Source of the DNA: Candidatus Omnitrophota bacterium
GTDB taxonomy: Bacteria > Omnitrophota > Gorgyraeia > Gygaellales > Profunditerraquicolaceae
Length of the DNA stretch: 64,000 nucleotides
Direction: 5' to 3'
NCBI GenBank assembly: GCA_016783715.1
Contig: JADHWA010000001.1
Span: 118 to 64,117 of the forward strand
Below are positions 50,506 through 60,175 of the stretch, in pieces. Position 1 is the stretch's first letter. The number at the start of each line of letters is the position of its first letter. The notes under the pieces are model-generated. The model made no database searches. It was not told the DNA's origin and worked only from the letters and a program-made list of their open reading frames with translations. The translations under genes and the position numbers were made by a program.

Positions 50506-52088
50506 ATTTTTATCGCCCTAACCTCTAGAATATTCTTGATCTTTTTGAGCTGTTTTAGGATATCCGCGGAAACCGGGGTATCGATATTCAAAACTGATAT
50601 TGACTTACCGCCGGGTTTATCCCGTCCGAAGGTCATTGCCGCAATATTAATATTGTGTTTAGCCAGCATACTCCCGAGATTTCCGATAATGCCGGGCAAA
50701 TCCCGGTTATGAATAACCAGCATAACCCCGCCAGGGGAAACCTCTACATAATAATTGTTGATCTTTACGATGCGCGGCTTCTTGTTTGCCGAAAGTGTCC
50801 CGGAGACCTTAAGTGTCTCCTTATCGGTCTTGATCTCCAATTCAACCAGAGTCACAAACTCCTGCTCTTTTGACAGCCTGGATTCCTTAATCGTAATACC
50901 CCTGCCGCTGGCAAGGCTGGTGGCATTGATAAAATTAACCGTCTCCTGTAATATAGGAAAGAGGACCCCTCTGACCGCAGCCATAGTCAAGGGGCTAAGC
51001 TCATATGTAGCTATCTCTCCGCCATAGCTTATATTTACCGTTTCTATCCTCCCGACTGCCAACTGCCCGCAGAAGTTACCTAATTTCTCCGCCAGGCTGA
51101 TATAGGGCTCTAGAACCTTGTATACCTCTGCCTCAAGACAGGGATAATTTGCCGCATTTCTGATTCCTTTTCCCAAGAGGGCATCGCGGACGATCTCTGC
51201 TACTTCGACTGCGACATTGACCTGTGCCTCCTCTGTAGAAGCGCCCAGGTGCGGGGTAACTACGATATTCTCCTGCTGTAAGAGCTGGCTATCTGCGGAT
51301 AACGGCTCCTTCTCGAAGACATCAATCGCCGCACCAGCTACTTTTTTGCTCTTGACTGCCTCAACCAGTGCTTTCTCATCGATAATTCCGCCCCGGGCGC
51401 AATTAACCAGCCGGACCCCGTCTTTCATTAAAGCAAATTCCTTGGTAGAGATCATATGTTTAGTCTCTTCGGTTAAAGGGGTATGCACGCTAATATAGTC
51501 GGAGCGCTTAAATAAATCCTTGAGCTCTACGATCTCAACGCCTAAGCTTTCAGCGACCTGCTTGGATAAAAAGGGATCATAGGCCAAGATCTTCATCCCG
51601 AATGATAAGGCCCTTTTAGCCACCTCTGAACCTATGCGTCCGAAACCGACTACTCCCAAGACCTTATTGTAAACCTCCACCCCCATGAATTTAGAGCGGT
51701 TCCATTCTCCTTTTTGCATAGAGGCATTTGCTTGAGGGATATTACGGGAGAGTGAAAGGATCATACTCATGGTATGCTCGGCGGTAGACATGGTATTCCC
51801 CGCCGGGGTATTCATCACGATAATCCCCTTTTGGGTTGCCGCTGCCAAATCTACATTATCTAATCCTACTCCGGCGCGGCCGATAACTTTCAGATTCCCT
51901 GCTGCCTCAATAACCTCTCTGGTTACCTTTGTGGCAGAGCGCACGATCAAGGCATCATAATCCTTTATCACCTTTACAAGCTGCTCGGGTGTCAACCCGG
52001 TATTGACATCAACCTTAAAGTCCTTCACCTCTTTTAAGACTTTAAGGCCGTTTTCAGACAGTTTATCGCTGACCAATATATTCATCAT
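50502..52088 (-). CDS. serA: D-3-phosphoglycerate dehydrogenase
   Basis: RAGVGLDNVD, GFGRIG, NCARGG, TPHLGAST.EAQ; ASB and ACT domains. Confidence 0.97.
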   Translation of the reverse strand: MMNILVSDKLSENGLKVLKEVKDFKVDVNTGLTPEQLVKVIKDYDALIVRSATKVTREVIEAAGNLKVIGRAGVGLDNVDLAAATQKGIIVMNTPAGNTMSTAEHTMSMILSLSRNIPQANASMQKGEWNRSKFMGVEVYNKVLGVVGFGRIGSEVAKRALSFGMKILAYDPFLSKQVAESLGVEIVELKDLFKRSDYISVHTPLTEETKHMISTKEFALMKDGVRLVNCARGGIIDEKALVEAVKSKKVAGAAIDVFEKEPLSADSQLLQQENIVVTPHLGASTEEAQVNVAVEVAEIVRDALLGKGIRNAANYPCLEAEVYKVLEPYISLAEKLGNFCGQLAVGRIETVNISYGGEIATYELSPLTMAAVRGVLFPILQETVNFINATSLASGRGITIKESRLSKEQEFVTLVELEIKTDKETLKVSGTLSANKKPRIVKINNYYVEVSPGGVMLVIHNRDLPGIIGNLGSMLAKHNINIAAMTFGRDKPGGKSISVLNIDTPVSADILKQLKKIKNILEVRAIKI

Positions 52089-52117
52089 CCTACACTCCTT
52101 TAATGTTCCTGCAAAAA

Positions 52118-52230
52118 ACTCTAAACCCTAAATCCTAAACCCTAAATAAAATCCTAAATCCAAAACTCAAATTATTAAAAATAAAACTTTGGGTTTGTTT
52201 AGAGTTTAGTGTTTCGAACTTAGGATTTAA
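52118..52230. repeat. Mirror-arranged degenerate heptamer tract (CCTAAA.. / ..TTTAG)
   Basis: CTCTAAACCCTAAATCCTAAACCCTAAA...TTTGTTTAGAGTTTAGTGTTTCG. Confidence 0.75.
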
Positions 52231-52235
52231 AATCA

Positions 52236-53381
52236 TTATTCACCTTGCAAAAAGACTTCTTCGGCGGCTCGGACACCCGCGCCTAACTCGAATTTGTACC
52301 CCATCTGAGTAAGAACCTTCTCTAAGCAGCAGATACCGGCAATAATATCGAGCTCCTCAATAAAACCCATGTGGGCGATACGGAATATCTTTCCTTTAAG
52401 CTGGGCCTGTCCGCCGGCGATAGTTACCCCGTATTGATCGCGCATGGTCTTAACTAACTTTTCACCGTCTATCCCTTCGGGAACCCTTACGGCGGTTACC
52501 GCATCCGAGGCAGCATCGACACTGAGTAATTCCAGCCCTAAGGCCTTCATCGCCGTACGGGTGGCAACTGCCAGCCTCTTATGACGTGTAAAGATATTCT
52601 CTAATCCGTCTTTGCGCATAATCTTCAGGGCTTCCTTTAATGCAATCACCAGAGTAATCGCCGGAGTAAAGGCGGTATCAAACTTATCCAGCGCCTTCTT
52701 GGCGGCCTTTAAATTAAAATAGTATGCAGCAGCCTTATTGCCGTCTATTATCCCCCATGCTTTTTTTGAGACGCTCATAAAGGCAAGCCCTGGAGGAAGC
52801 ATTAATCCTTTTTGTGACCCTGAAACACAGATATCTACACCCCAGGCATCGGTCTTCATATCAATCGCTCCTAATCCGCTGATCGCATCTACGACTAACG
52901 CTGCCTGAGCCCCCTTGGCGATCTTGCCTATAGCCTGGATATCCGTTGTGACACCTGTAGAGGTCTCACAGAGTGTAGTGAACACCGCCTTAATCTTGGG
53001 ATTAGCCTTTAATTTTTTTTCTATCTCTTTGGGATCGACCGCCTGGCCCCACTCTACATCAATAACCTCCGCATTTATTCCGTAGGCCTTGGCAATCTCT
53101 GCCCATCTCTCGCCGAATTTTCCGCCCTGAACTGTTAAAACCGTATCCCCTTTGGAGGCCAGGTTCACAACCGCTGCCTCCATAGCTCCGGTGCCCGAAG
53201 ATGTCAATACAAAACAGTCATTTGCGGTCTGGAAGATAACTTTTAGCCCCTCACAGACCTCTTTGAATATCTCCTGGAAGTCAGGTGTGCGGTGATGGAT
53301 TATCGGCTGTGCCTGCGAGAGAAGCACCTCAGGAGGCAATGGCGTTGGCCCAGGCGTCAATAAATATTTCTTTTTCATCAT
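52236..53381 (-). CDS. Class V PLP aminotransferase (alanine-glyoxylate family), probably phosphoserine aminotransferase
   Basis: LLTPGPT, SGTGAME, ETSTG, DAIS, GSQKGLMLPPG; directly upstream of serA. Confidence 0.88.
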   Translation of the reverse strand: MMKKKYLLTPGPTPLPPEVLLSQAQPIIHHRTPDFQEIFKEVCEGLKVIFQTANDCFVLTSSGTGAMEAAVVNLASKGDTVLTVQGGKFGERWAEIAKAYGINAEVIDVEWGQAVDPKEIEKKLKANPKIKAVFTTLCETSTGVTTDIQAIGKIAKGAQAALVVDAISGLGAIDMKTDAWGVDICVSGSQKGLMLPPGLAFMSVSKKAWGIIDGNKAAAYYFNLKAAKKALDKFDTAFTPAITLVIALKEALKIMRKDGLENIFTRHKRLAVATRTAMKALGLELLSVDAASDAVTAVRVPEGIDGEKLVKTMRDQYGVTIAGGQAQLKGKIFRIAHMGFIEELDIIAGICCLEKVLTQMGYKFELGAGVRAAEEVFLQGE

Positions 53382-53395
53382 TACTATTCTCCTTC

Positions 53396-53525
53396 AATAA
53401 GCTGACCCAGCCCTTGCATGCAAGGGCGGGGTAGCATCTATTGTTTACCAATCTATTAAGCGTCTGCGCATTGAACCCAGCACCCAGTCTAGTATTTATA
53501 TTACTTGTTTGGGTGCGGGGTCATT
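53396..53525. repeat. Degenerate palindromic cassette (AATAA...GCATT, CCCAGCACCCA...TGGGTGCGGGG-TCATT)
   Basis: Aligns with 48537-48622 on the left and with the reverse complement of 5075-5120 on the right. Confidence 0.8.
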
Positions 53526-53556
53526 TACTTCTTCTTTTTCATATGAGCTATTACTT
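53525..53556 (-). repeat. 32 bp duplicate of the clpP 3' end
   Basis: 29/32 identical to 53663-53694. Confidence 0.9.
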
Positions 53557-53557
53557 A

Positions 53558-53655
53558 AATGAGCACATCACTTAGCGAGCACTAGCGAAGCTAAGTGATA
53601 AGTGCGAATTAATCCCGGGACTCCATATCTTAATATGCGGAGGCCAGGGATCTTC
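53558..53655. repeat. ATGA-hairpin-GAAT cassette plus ATCCCGGG...GGGAT module
   Basis: 53559-53609 and 53612-53651. Confidence 0.85.
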
Positions 53656-53662
53656 TCGTATT

Positions 53663-54277
53663 CTACTTCTTTTTCTTCATATGAGCTATTACTTCGTCTA
53701 CCAGCCCATAGGTCTTGGCTTCTTCTGCAGACATAAAATAATCCCTGTCAGTGTCCTTCTGAATCTTCTCCAGAGATTGTCCGGTATGCTGTGCGAGGAT
53801 CTGGTTAATCTTATCTTTCATTTTTAGTATTTCTTTGGCCTGTATCGATATGTCCGATGCCGCCCCCTGTACTCCGCCCCATGGTTGATGAATCATAACC
53901 CGCGAATTCGGCAGGGTATGGCGTTTCCCCTTGGTCCCGGCAGATAAAAGTAATGCCCCCATACTGGCAGCCTGGCCTACGCAGTAGGTAGCTACGTCAC
54001 ATTTTACAAACTGCATAGTATCGTATACCGCAAGACCTGCAGTCACCGAACCGCCGGGGGAATTTATATATATATTGATATCTTTATTTACATCTTCCAT
54101 CTGCAGAAAAAGCATCTGCGCGATAATCAGATTAGCTACGGTATCGTCAATCGGGGTACCGATAAAAACAATCCTGTCTTTTAGCAGGCGTGAATAGATA
54201 TCGTATGCCCGCTCATATCCCCGTGCAGTCTGCTCAATCACCATCGGAACTAAGACCTGCGCTTTTTCGCTACTCAT
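53663..54277 (-). CDS. clpP: ATP-dependent Clp protease proteolytic subunit
   Basis: [32 protein letters not shown]; start ATG 54277 with AGGAGG. Confidence 0.97.
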   Translation of the reverse strand: MSSEKAQVLVPMVIEQTARGYERAYDIYSRLLKDRIVFIGTPIDDTVANLIIAQMLFLQMEDVNKDINIYINSPGGSVTAGLAVYDTMQFVKCDVATYCVGQAASMGALLLSAGTKGKRHTLPNSRVMIHQPWGGVQGAASDISIQAKEILKMKDKINQILAQHTGQSLEKIQKDTDRDYFMSAEEAKTYGLVDEVIAHMKKKK

Positions 54278-54290
54278 CCTACACCTCCTA

Positions 54291-54416
54291 AATGAGCCCC
54301 GCCCTTTTTTACCAATAAACAAATTATATTTTTTTAAGGTACAAAAGAGCGGGGCGAATTTATCCCGGGCAGCCATTTTTCCTTTCGTCAGCTGCGTGGG
54401 ATCTCAAATAATATCA
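54291..54416. repeat. ATGA-hairpin-GAAT cassette plus ATCCC...GGGAT module
   Basis: ATGA GCCCCGC...GCGGGGC GAAT at 54292-54359; second stem 54362-54412. Confidence 0.8.
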
Positions 54417-54448
54417 ATAATAATATTCCTGGCGCCTCGTTAATCTGA

Positions 54449-55327
54449 CTATCCCTGCTGCCAATCAGCTTCCCTAAGCAGGAATTCGATCACCTTCTGC
54501 GGCATCTGGTCATTTACCTCTATATTCTCTTTTTTAGCTATATGTGCTAACACCAAATAATCCCTGACCTGCCTCTTTGCCTCCGGCTCCAGCTGCTGAC
54601 GCAGCTGCTTTTCCTGCTTATCTATCTCCTGGCGCTCCACACCCTTTAAGGCTAGATTTACTTTGGCCTGCCGTAACATCTCATCCTGATGCCTGCTTAC
54701 CATAACCTGAGGGATTTTAAGGTCCAGGTCTTTGGTGAGCCCTTCGATTAGATCCTTCTCTATTCTTTGCCTCTGCTGATTCTCCTTACGGATAAAGATC
54801 TGTCTCTCTAAAGCAGCCTTTAACTCCGCAAGATCAGGATAACCGATGCTTCTGGCGAAGCGGTCATCAATACTGTCGAGTTTCCTGGACTCCTTTAAGG
54901 CATCAAGGTCGCGCTTAAGCTCATCGGCTGCTACCTCAATCTTCTTATAATTGACTCTGATCCCCTTATATTTCTTTAACTGGATCTCCGGCATCACTTC
55001 AACCGTTGCGGTAAACTTTAGCTCATCTCGCTTAATATGTACGTCTGTTACCTGCGGCATCTCGATCACATCAAGCGCTTCAGCTTTTACCACTTCGTCA
55101 TAAACCTCAGGGATCAGATTCTTAAGCACAAGCTCTTGCGCGTGACCAGAGAAGTTTTTCTCTAAAATATCGCGAGGGGCATGCCCGGGCCTAAAACCCG
55201 GGATTTTGGCGCTCTTTGATATCTCGCCAAAGGCCTCTTCGAATTTATTCTTTATACGTTCACCGCTTACTTCGATATCGATCTGGCGTTTTGTACTATC
55301 AAGTTTCTTTACTTCTGACTTTGTCAT
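54449..55327 (-). CDS. tig: Trigger factor, shortened
   Basis: IPGFRPGHAP ribosome-binding loop; upstream of clpP; only 292 aa. Confidence 0.9.
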   Translation of the reverse strand: MTKSEVKKLDSTKRQIDIEVSGERIKNKFEEAFGEISKSAKIPGFRPGHAPRDILEKNFSGHAQELVLKNLIPEVYDEVVKAEALDVIEMPQVTDVHIKRDELKFTATVEVMPEIQLKKYKGIRVNYKKIEVAADELKRDLDALKESRKLDSIDDRFARSIGYPDLAELKAALERQIFIRKENQQRQRIEKDLIEGLTKDLDLKIPQVMVSRHQDEMLRQAKVNLALKGVERQEIDKQEKQLRQQLEPEAKRQVRDYLVLAHIAKKENIEVNDQMPQKVIEFLLREADWQQG

Positions 55328-55374
55328 TCCTTGTCTCCAGGTTTAATTGTTAGATATAATCAAAGGCTACAGTT

Positions 55375-55448
55375 GATTACACAGATTATAAAATAGATTA
55401 CTCAGATTAAAACTCTTATCTGCGTAATCTGAATTAATCTGTGTAATC
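55375..55448. repeat. GATTACACAGATT / AATCTGTGTAATC palindromic repeat
   Basis: Two forward and two reverse copies. Confidence 0.85.
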
Positions 55449-55457
55449 ATATTTAAC

Positions 55458-56180
55458 CTACATTTTAAATCTTTCACCTAGGTAGATTTCTCTGGCCTTG
55501 GGATTGTTGATCAGGTCGTCGGCGCTTCCTGCAATCAGGATCTTTCCCTCGGCGATCAGATAGGCCCGGTCAGTAATCGTCAGGGTCTCTCTGACATTAT
55601 GATCGGTAAGCAGTATCCCCAACCCCCTCTCTTTGAGCTCTTTGATGATCTCCTGAGCCTCATTGACCACGATCGGATCTATTCCTGAGAAAGGTTCATC
55701 GAGGAGGATAAACGACGGATTGGTTACCAGTGCCCGGGTTATCTCTAAACGCCTTCTTTCTCCTCCCGAGAGGGTAAATGCCTTATTCTTCCTTAAATAG
55801 GCGATGTTTAACTCATCTAAAAGGCTCTCCAGCCTGTTCTCTCTCTCCTTCTTGCTGATCGGAAGGGTCTCCAGGATCGCCATGATATTCTCTTCAACGG
55901 TGAGCTTACGAAAGATAGAAGCCTCCTGCGAAAGATATCCGATCCCGTAACGGGCACGCTCATGAATAGAGAGGTTGGTAATATCGCTATTATCGAAAGT
56001 AATCTTCCCGCTTTTAGGCGGTATAACTCCCACGATCATATAGAATGTGGTAGTCTTACCTGCTCCGTTAGGGCCAAGTAGACCTACGATCTCTCCGCGC
56101 TTTACTACTAAATCTACGCCTCTGACTACTTCCCTTCCGCCGTATGCCTTAGAGAGCCCTTTTACTTCGAGTAGATGCAT
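55458..56180 (-). CDS. lptB: LPS export ABC transporter ATP-binding protein
   Basis: GPNGAGKTT, LSGGERRRLEI, LDEPF, TDHNVRETL. Confidence 0.96.
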   Translation of the reverse strand: MHLLEVKGLSKAYGGREVVRGVDLVVKRGEIVGLLGPNGAGKTTTFYMIVGVIPPKSGKITFDNSDITNLSIHERARYGIGYLSQEASIFRKLTVEENIMAILETLPISKKERENRLESLLDELNIAYLRKNKAFTLSGGERRRLEITRALVTNPSFILLDEPFSGIDPIVVNEAQEIIKELKERGLGILLTDHNVRETLTITDRAYLIAEGKILIAGSADDLINNPKAREIYLGERFKM

Positions 56181-56198
56181 ATTGCTCCTTCTATCTGG

Positions 56199-57128
56199 TT
56201 ATTGGCCCATAGCCTGGAAATCATCGGTTGAATAAATCAGCAGCTTCGGCCTTCCTGAAAGGATAACTTTGTTCTCCCCTACCGAATATACCGCCTCTTC
56301 GCTATAAGTTATATTATCGCCGCGCACTGTCTTGACATTATGCCTGGCGATTATCTTATCTATCTGGTTACCCATTATCATCGGGTCGCCGGTTGCATCC
56401 TCAGGCGCCTCCTTGGTGTCTTTAGAACTAAAATACAATTCCATGATTTCGCTATAGATCTGCGAATCCTCTCTGTCTACCTTTACATTATTATTAAAGA
56501 TAGCAACGTTCTTTTGATAGTCGATCTCCAGCGGACCATCGCAGGTAATCACGATCTTCTTAGCTTCGGATGAATCTCCTGCCGCTGCTCCCTCTATCTC
56601 CGGCGTGAACTCAACTAAGACCTCTTCCTCTAAGTTCATCTTGTTAAGGGCCATTTCTCCTCTTGCCCCGCGGCCCCGTGTAAACAAGTTCTGCCTTGTA
56701 ATGTTTACTACATCATCAGTTGAGACCACCGAGTTGCTTCTATCCCAATCCAGGGAATCAGTAGTAAGCTTGGCTCCGCTGGAGGTGGTAATCACCACAT
56801 CCTTCTCGACATGGATTCTACCGTTAGATCGGTCAAAATCACCTTCTTTAGCAGTAAGCTTGACATCCTCCTCTTTGCCGTAAAGGTTACCGGTAAGATC
56901 TTTTAGCTTAACCGTATTCTCGAATATATCGGCGGTTTTGCCGGAGAGATCCCAAGTCTTCTTCCCGCGCTCCCCGTAACCGGCGAGAGAAAAATCTCCG
57001 ATCTGCTGATCTGAATCATCGGCACTTTCTGCCTGCGCAAAAGTTGATCTTACCTCGAATCTGCCGCTAAGACACATTGATAATATCAGAGCAATAAAAA
57101 CAACTAAATTCTTCTTCGGGCTACTCAT
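56199..57128 (-). CDS. lptC: LPS export protein with LptC-like and LptA/OstA-like jellyroll domains
   Basis: N-terminal hydrophobic segment; LTTDSLDW; second domain with ITCD and FNNNVKV; between kdsC and lptB. Confidence 0.75.
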   Translation of the reverse strand: MSSPKKNLVVFIALILSMCLSGRFEVRSTFAQAESADDSDQQIGDFSLAGYGERGKKTWDLSGKTADIFENTVKLKDLTGNLYGKEEDVKLTAKEGDFDRSNGRIHVEKDVVITTSSGAKLTTDSLDWDRSNSVVSTDDVVNITRQNLFTRGRGARGEMALNKMNLEEEVLVEFTPEIEGAAAGDSSEAKKIVITCDGPLEIDYQKNVAIFNNNVKVDREDSQIYSEIMELYFSSKDTKEAPEDATGDPMIMGNQIDKIIARHNVKTVRGDNITYSEEAVYSVGENKVILSGRPKLLIYSTDDFQAMGQ

Positions 57129-57657
57129 AAGAGCTGATAACTTCCTGCCACTTGCCTTGCGCTTTCAGAATAAGCTCTGCCACTTCACGCACCGCTCCTC
57201 TGCCGCCGTGGCGGATGGTAATATAGGAGGCAGCGCGCTTTATCTCAGGACAGGCATTAAACACTGCTATAGGGAAACCCACTCTTTTCATTATACACAA
57301 ATCCACTAAGTCATCACCGACAAAGCAGATATCTTTAGCGCTAAGATGATACTTTTTTAAGATCTTCTCCAGTGCCAGAGTCTTTGGATGGAGACCAGCA
57401 AAGACCTCTTCAACCCTCATATCCCGGGCTCGCGGCTTAATAGTCCGGGAGCTTTTAGCTGTAACCAATATGGTTTTGACTCCGATCTTGCTTAAAAGAT
57501 ACACCCCTAAACCGTCATGGACGTCAAAGAACTTCAGGTCCCGTCCATGAGAATCATAGATTATCCGGCCGTCGGTGATTACCCCGTCGACATCCAGAAG
57601 CAATAGTTTAATATTCTTTGCCAGAGCTAATACGGATTGTTCGATCGCCAGAGCCAT
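57121..57657 (-). CDS. kdsC: KDO 8-phosphate phosphatase
   Basis: LDVDGVITDG, VGDDLVD, GGRGAVRE. Confidence 0.94.
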   Translation of the reverse strand: MALAIEQSVLALAKNIKLLLLDVDGVITDGRIIYDSHGRDLKFFDVHDGLGVYLLSKIGVKTILVTAKSSRTIKPRARDMRVEEVFAGLHPKTLALEKILKKYHLSAKDICFVGDDLVDLCIMKRVGFPIAVFNACPEIKRAASYITIRHGGRGAVREVAELILKAQGKWQEVISSYE

Positions 57658-57659
57658 TC

Positions 57660-58622
57660 TTAAATTATCCCCGCCTTTAATAGATCTTGAATGTCGAGAA
57701 GCCCCACCGGCTTACCGGATCGGTCCACTACCGGCAGTTCATCGATCTTCTTCTTTCTTAATATCCTCAAGGCGCCGGCAGCCAGCATTCCGGGGTTTAT
57801 GGTCGTGGGGGTCCTGGTCATCACTTCAGAGACCGGCCTTCTGACCAGATTTGGGTCTGTTTTTAGATGACGGCGCAGATCGCCATCAGTAAAGATCCCA
57901 ACCAGCTTCCCTTTATTATCTACGACAGAAGCACTCCCTGAGTGCCCATGAGTAATCTTTACCAACACCTCAGATACTAATTTATTCTTTTTTACTATCG
58001 GATTGTTATGACCTTTACGCATAATATCTTCAACCTTAAGAAGCAGCTTTCTCCCGAGTTGCCCGCCGGGATGATAAAACGCAAAGTCGCGCGCTTTGAA
58101 ACCTTTGGTCTCCAGCAAACAGACTGCCAGGGCATCGGTCATGGCAAGTGTCGCCGTAGTTGAGGCAGTGGGTGCTAGCCCCAGAGGACAGGCTTCCTTC
58201 TTTACCGAAACATCTAAAACTATATCGCTATAATTGGCCAGGTCTGAGTCAGGCGACCCGGTCAGCGCGATAATCTTAGAGCCGATCTGCTTCAAGAGAG
58301 GCAGAAGCTGCTTGATCTCTGAGCCGCTACCGCTGTTTGAGATAACAATAATCACATCATCGGCAGTTACCCTGCCTAAATCACCGTGGATAGCCTCGAC
58401 AGTATGCAAAAATAGACTGGGGGTACCCGTAGAGGCCAGGGTCGCCGAGAACTTCTGGGCGATGATGCCAGTCTTGCCCATCCCGCTAACCACCACCCTG
58501 CCTTTACTCTTTAAAATCAAAGAAAGTGCACCTTCAAAATTCTTCTTTATCCGCGGTTTCAAATCTCTGATCGCCGCCGCTTCAATATCTAAAACCTGTT
58601 TTGCGCGCTTGATAATATTCAT
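57660..58622 (-). CDS. kdsD: Arabinose 5-phosphate isomerase (KpsF/GutQ family)
   Basis: GMGK, HGDLG, EACPLGLAPTAST, HPGG, two CBS domains. Confidence 0.94.
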   Translation of the reverse strand: MNIIKRAKQVLDIEAAAIRDLKPRIKKNFEGALSLILKSKGRVVVSGMGKTGIIAQKFSATLASTGTPSLFLHTVEAIHGDLGRVTADDVIIVISNSGSGSEIKQLLPLLKQIGSKIIALTGSPDSDLANYSDIVLDVSVKKEACPLGLAPTASTTATLAMTDALAVCLLETKGFKARDFAFYHPGGQLGRKLLLKVEDIMRKGHNNPIVKKNKLVSEVLVKITHGHSGSASVVDNKGKLVGIFTDGDLRRHLKTDPNLVRRPVSEVMTRTPTTINPGMLAAGALRILRKKKIDELPVVDRSGKPVGLLDIQDLLKAGII

Positions 58623-59431
58623 ATGGCTTGGCTGATTTTTTTGACCTGCTTTAAGAGCTTCTCTAAACTTTTAAGGTTAATCATATTCTGCCCGTCACAG
58701 AGTGCTTTATCCGGATTAGGATGAACCTCTAAAAAAAGCCCCTGACAGCCAAAAGCCGTCGCTGCTCTTGCGAGCCCGGATACAAATTCCCGCTGGCCTC
58801 CGGAAGAGCTCCCCCTGCCACCCGGCAACTGCACGCTATGGGTAGCATCATAGATAACCGGATAGCCGAAATCCTCGATAATCTTTAAGCTGCGCAGGTC
58901 TGAAACCAGATTATTATAACCGAAACAAACCCCCCGCTCGGTGATCATGATCTTCCTGTTTCCAGCTGATTCTATCTTGCGGATGATCGGCAGGATGTCA
59001 CAGGGAGAGAGGAATTGCCCCTTCTTAAGATTAATCACCTTGCCGGTTTTAGCGGCACTTACTACGATATCGGTCTGGCGACAGAGAAATGCCGGTATCT
59101 GAATGATATCCAACACACAAGCTGCATCTTTAATCTCCTTCTGACAGTGGATATCGCTGAGCACAGGCACACCTAATTCCTTCTTGACCTTATAAAGGAC
59201 ATCCAAACCTTTCTTTATCCCCGGCCCGCGGAAGGAATCCCCGGATAAGCGGTTGGCTTTATCAAAACTGGACTTAAATATAAAGGGAACTTTAAGGCGT
59301 CTGGTAATATCATATATCTTCTTTGCGGTCGAGAGAGTCATCGCCTCTGACTCGATTACGCAGGGGCCTGCAATCAGCACCAGAGGAGCATTCTTGCCGA
59401 TCTTTATCTTTCCGACTTTTATCTGGGTCAT
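58619..59431 (-). CDS. kdsA: KDO 8-phosphate synthase
   Basis: AGPCVIES, SFDKANR, IPAFLCRQT, KKGQF, DATHSVQ. Confidence 0.97.
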   Translation of the reverse strand: MTQIKVGKIKIGKNAPLVLIAGPCVIESEAMTLSTAKKIYDITRRLKVPFIFKSSFDKANRLSGDSFRGPGIKKGLDVLYKVKKELGVPVLSDIHCQKEIKDAACVLDIIQIPAFLCRQTDIVVSAAKTGKVINLKKGQFLSPCDILPIIRKIESAGNRKIMITERGVCFGYNNLVSDLRSLKIIEDFGYPVIYDATHSVQLPGGRGSSSGGQREFVSGLARAATAFGCQGLFLEVHPNPDKALCDGQNMINLKSLEKLLKQVKKISQAI

Positions 59432-59432
59432 C

Positions 59433-60173
59433 TTATAATCCTTCCCTGGTCAGAGACTCTCTTACTCTATCCAGGTCTCCGGGGGTATCTACTCCGATGG
59501 TATCGTATTTAGTCTCTACTACTTTGATCCTGAAACCTTCCTCTAATACCCGCAGCTGCTCAAGAGACTCTGTGCCCTCCAAGTTTGAAGGCGGAAGATT
59601 CTTGTAAATAAAAAGAAAATCTTTGGTGTAGGCGTAAATGCCGATATGCTTATAGTAAACAGGCGTTGTAATCTCCGGACCCTCAGCATGATAAGGGATC
59701 TTAGCCCGGGAGAAATATAAGGCAAAGTTATTTTTATCTACTACTACTTTGACCGTATGCGGGTCATCTAAAGCAAAGGAATTGTCTATTCTTTTCATAA
59801 TCGTCGACATCGAAACCTCTTTATCCTCAAGCAAGGCCCGCGCTGCCATATCAATCATCGTCGGATGTACCAGGGGTTCATCGCCCTGGATATTGACTAC
59901 AATCTTAACATCCAGAGGATTAACAACTTCGATTATCCTGTCAGTGCCGCAGGTATGCCCTTTTGCGGTCAGCACGGCTTTGGCGCCGAAACCCCAGGCA
60001 GCCTCTGCTACACGTTCATCATCACAGGCGATAATTACATCATCTAAGATCTGCGACTGCTTGGTGCGCTCCCAGACATGCTGAATCATCGGTTTACCGA
60101 GAATCTCGGCCAAGACTTTGCCTTCAAAGCGACTGGAAGAGTATCTTGCCGGTATTACACCAATAACATCCAT
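59433..60173 (-). CDS. kdsB: CMP-KDO synthetase
   Basis: IPARYSSSRF.GK, NIQGDEP, YFSR, ESLEQLR, VDT. Confidence 0.97.
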   Translation of the reverse strand: MDVIGVIPARYSSSRFEGKVLAEILGKPMIQHVWERTKQSQILDDVIIACDDERVAEAAWGFGAKAVLTAKGHTCGTDRIIEVVNPLDVKIVVNIQGDEPLVHPTMIDMAARALLEDKEVSMSTIMKRIDNSFALDDPHTVKVVVDKNNFALYFSRAKIPYHAEGPEITTPVYYKHIGIYAYTKDFLFIYKNLPPSNLEGTESLEQLRVLEEGFRIKVVETKYDTIGVDTPGDLDRVRESLTREGL

Positions 60174-60175
60174 AA

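Noticed and set aside
53525-53542. Mini-ORF MKKKK* as a leader peptide
   Set aside because: Fully explained by the clpP tail duplication; no clear SD
54278-54376. Long N-terminal extensions given for clpP (similarly murA, cooF, rimP, prmC, cdsA, rnhB, coaE, yraN)
   Set aside because: They lie in repeats or upstream genes; downstream starts fit SD position or gene overlap better
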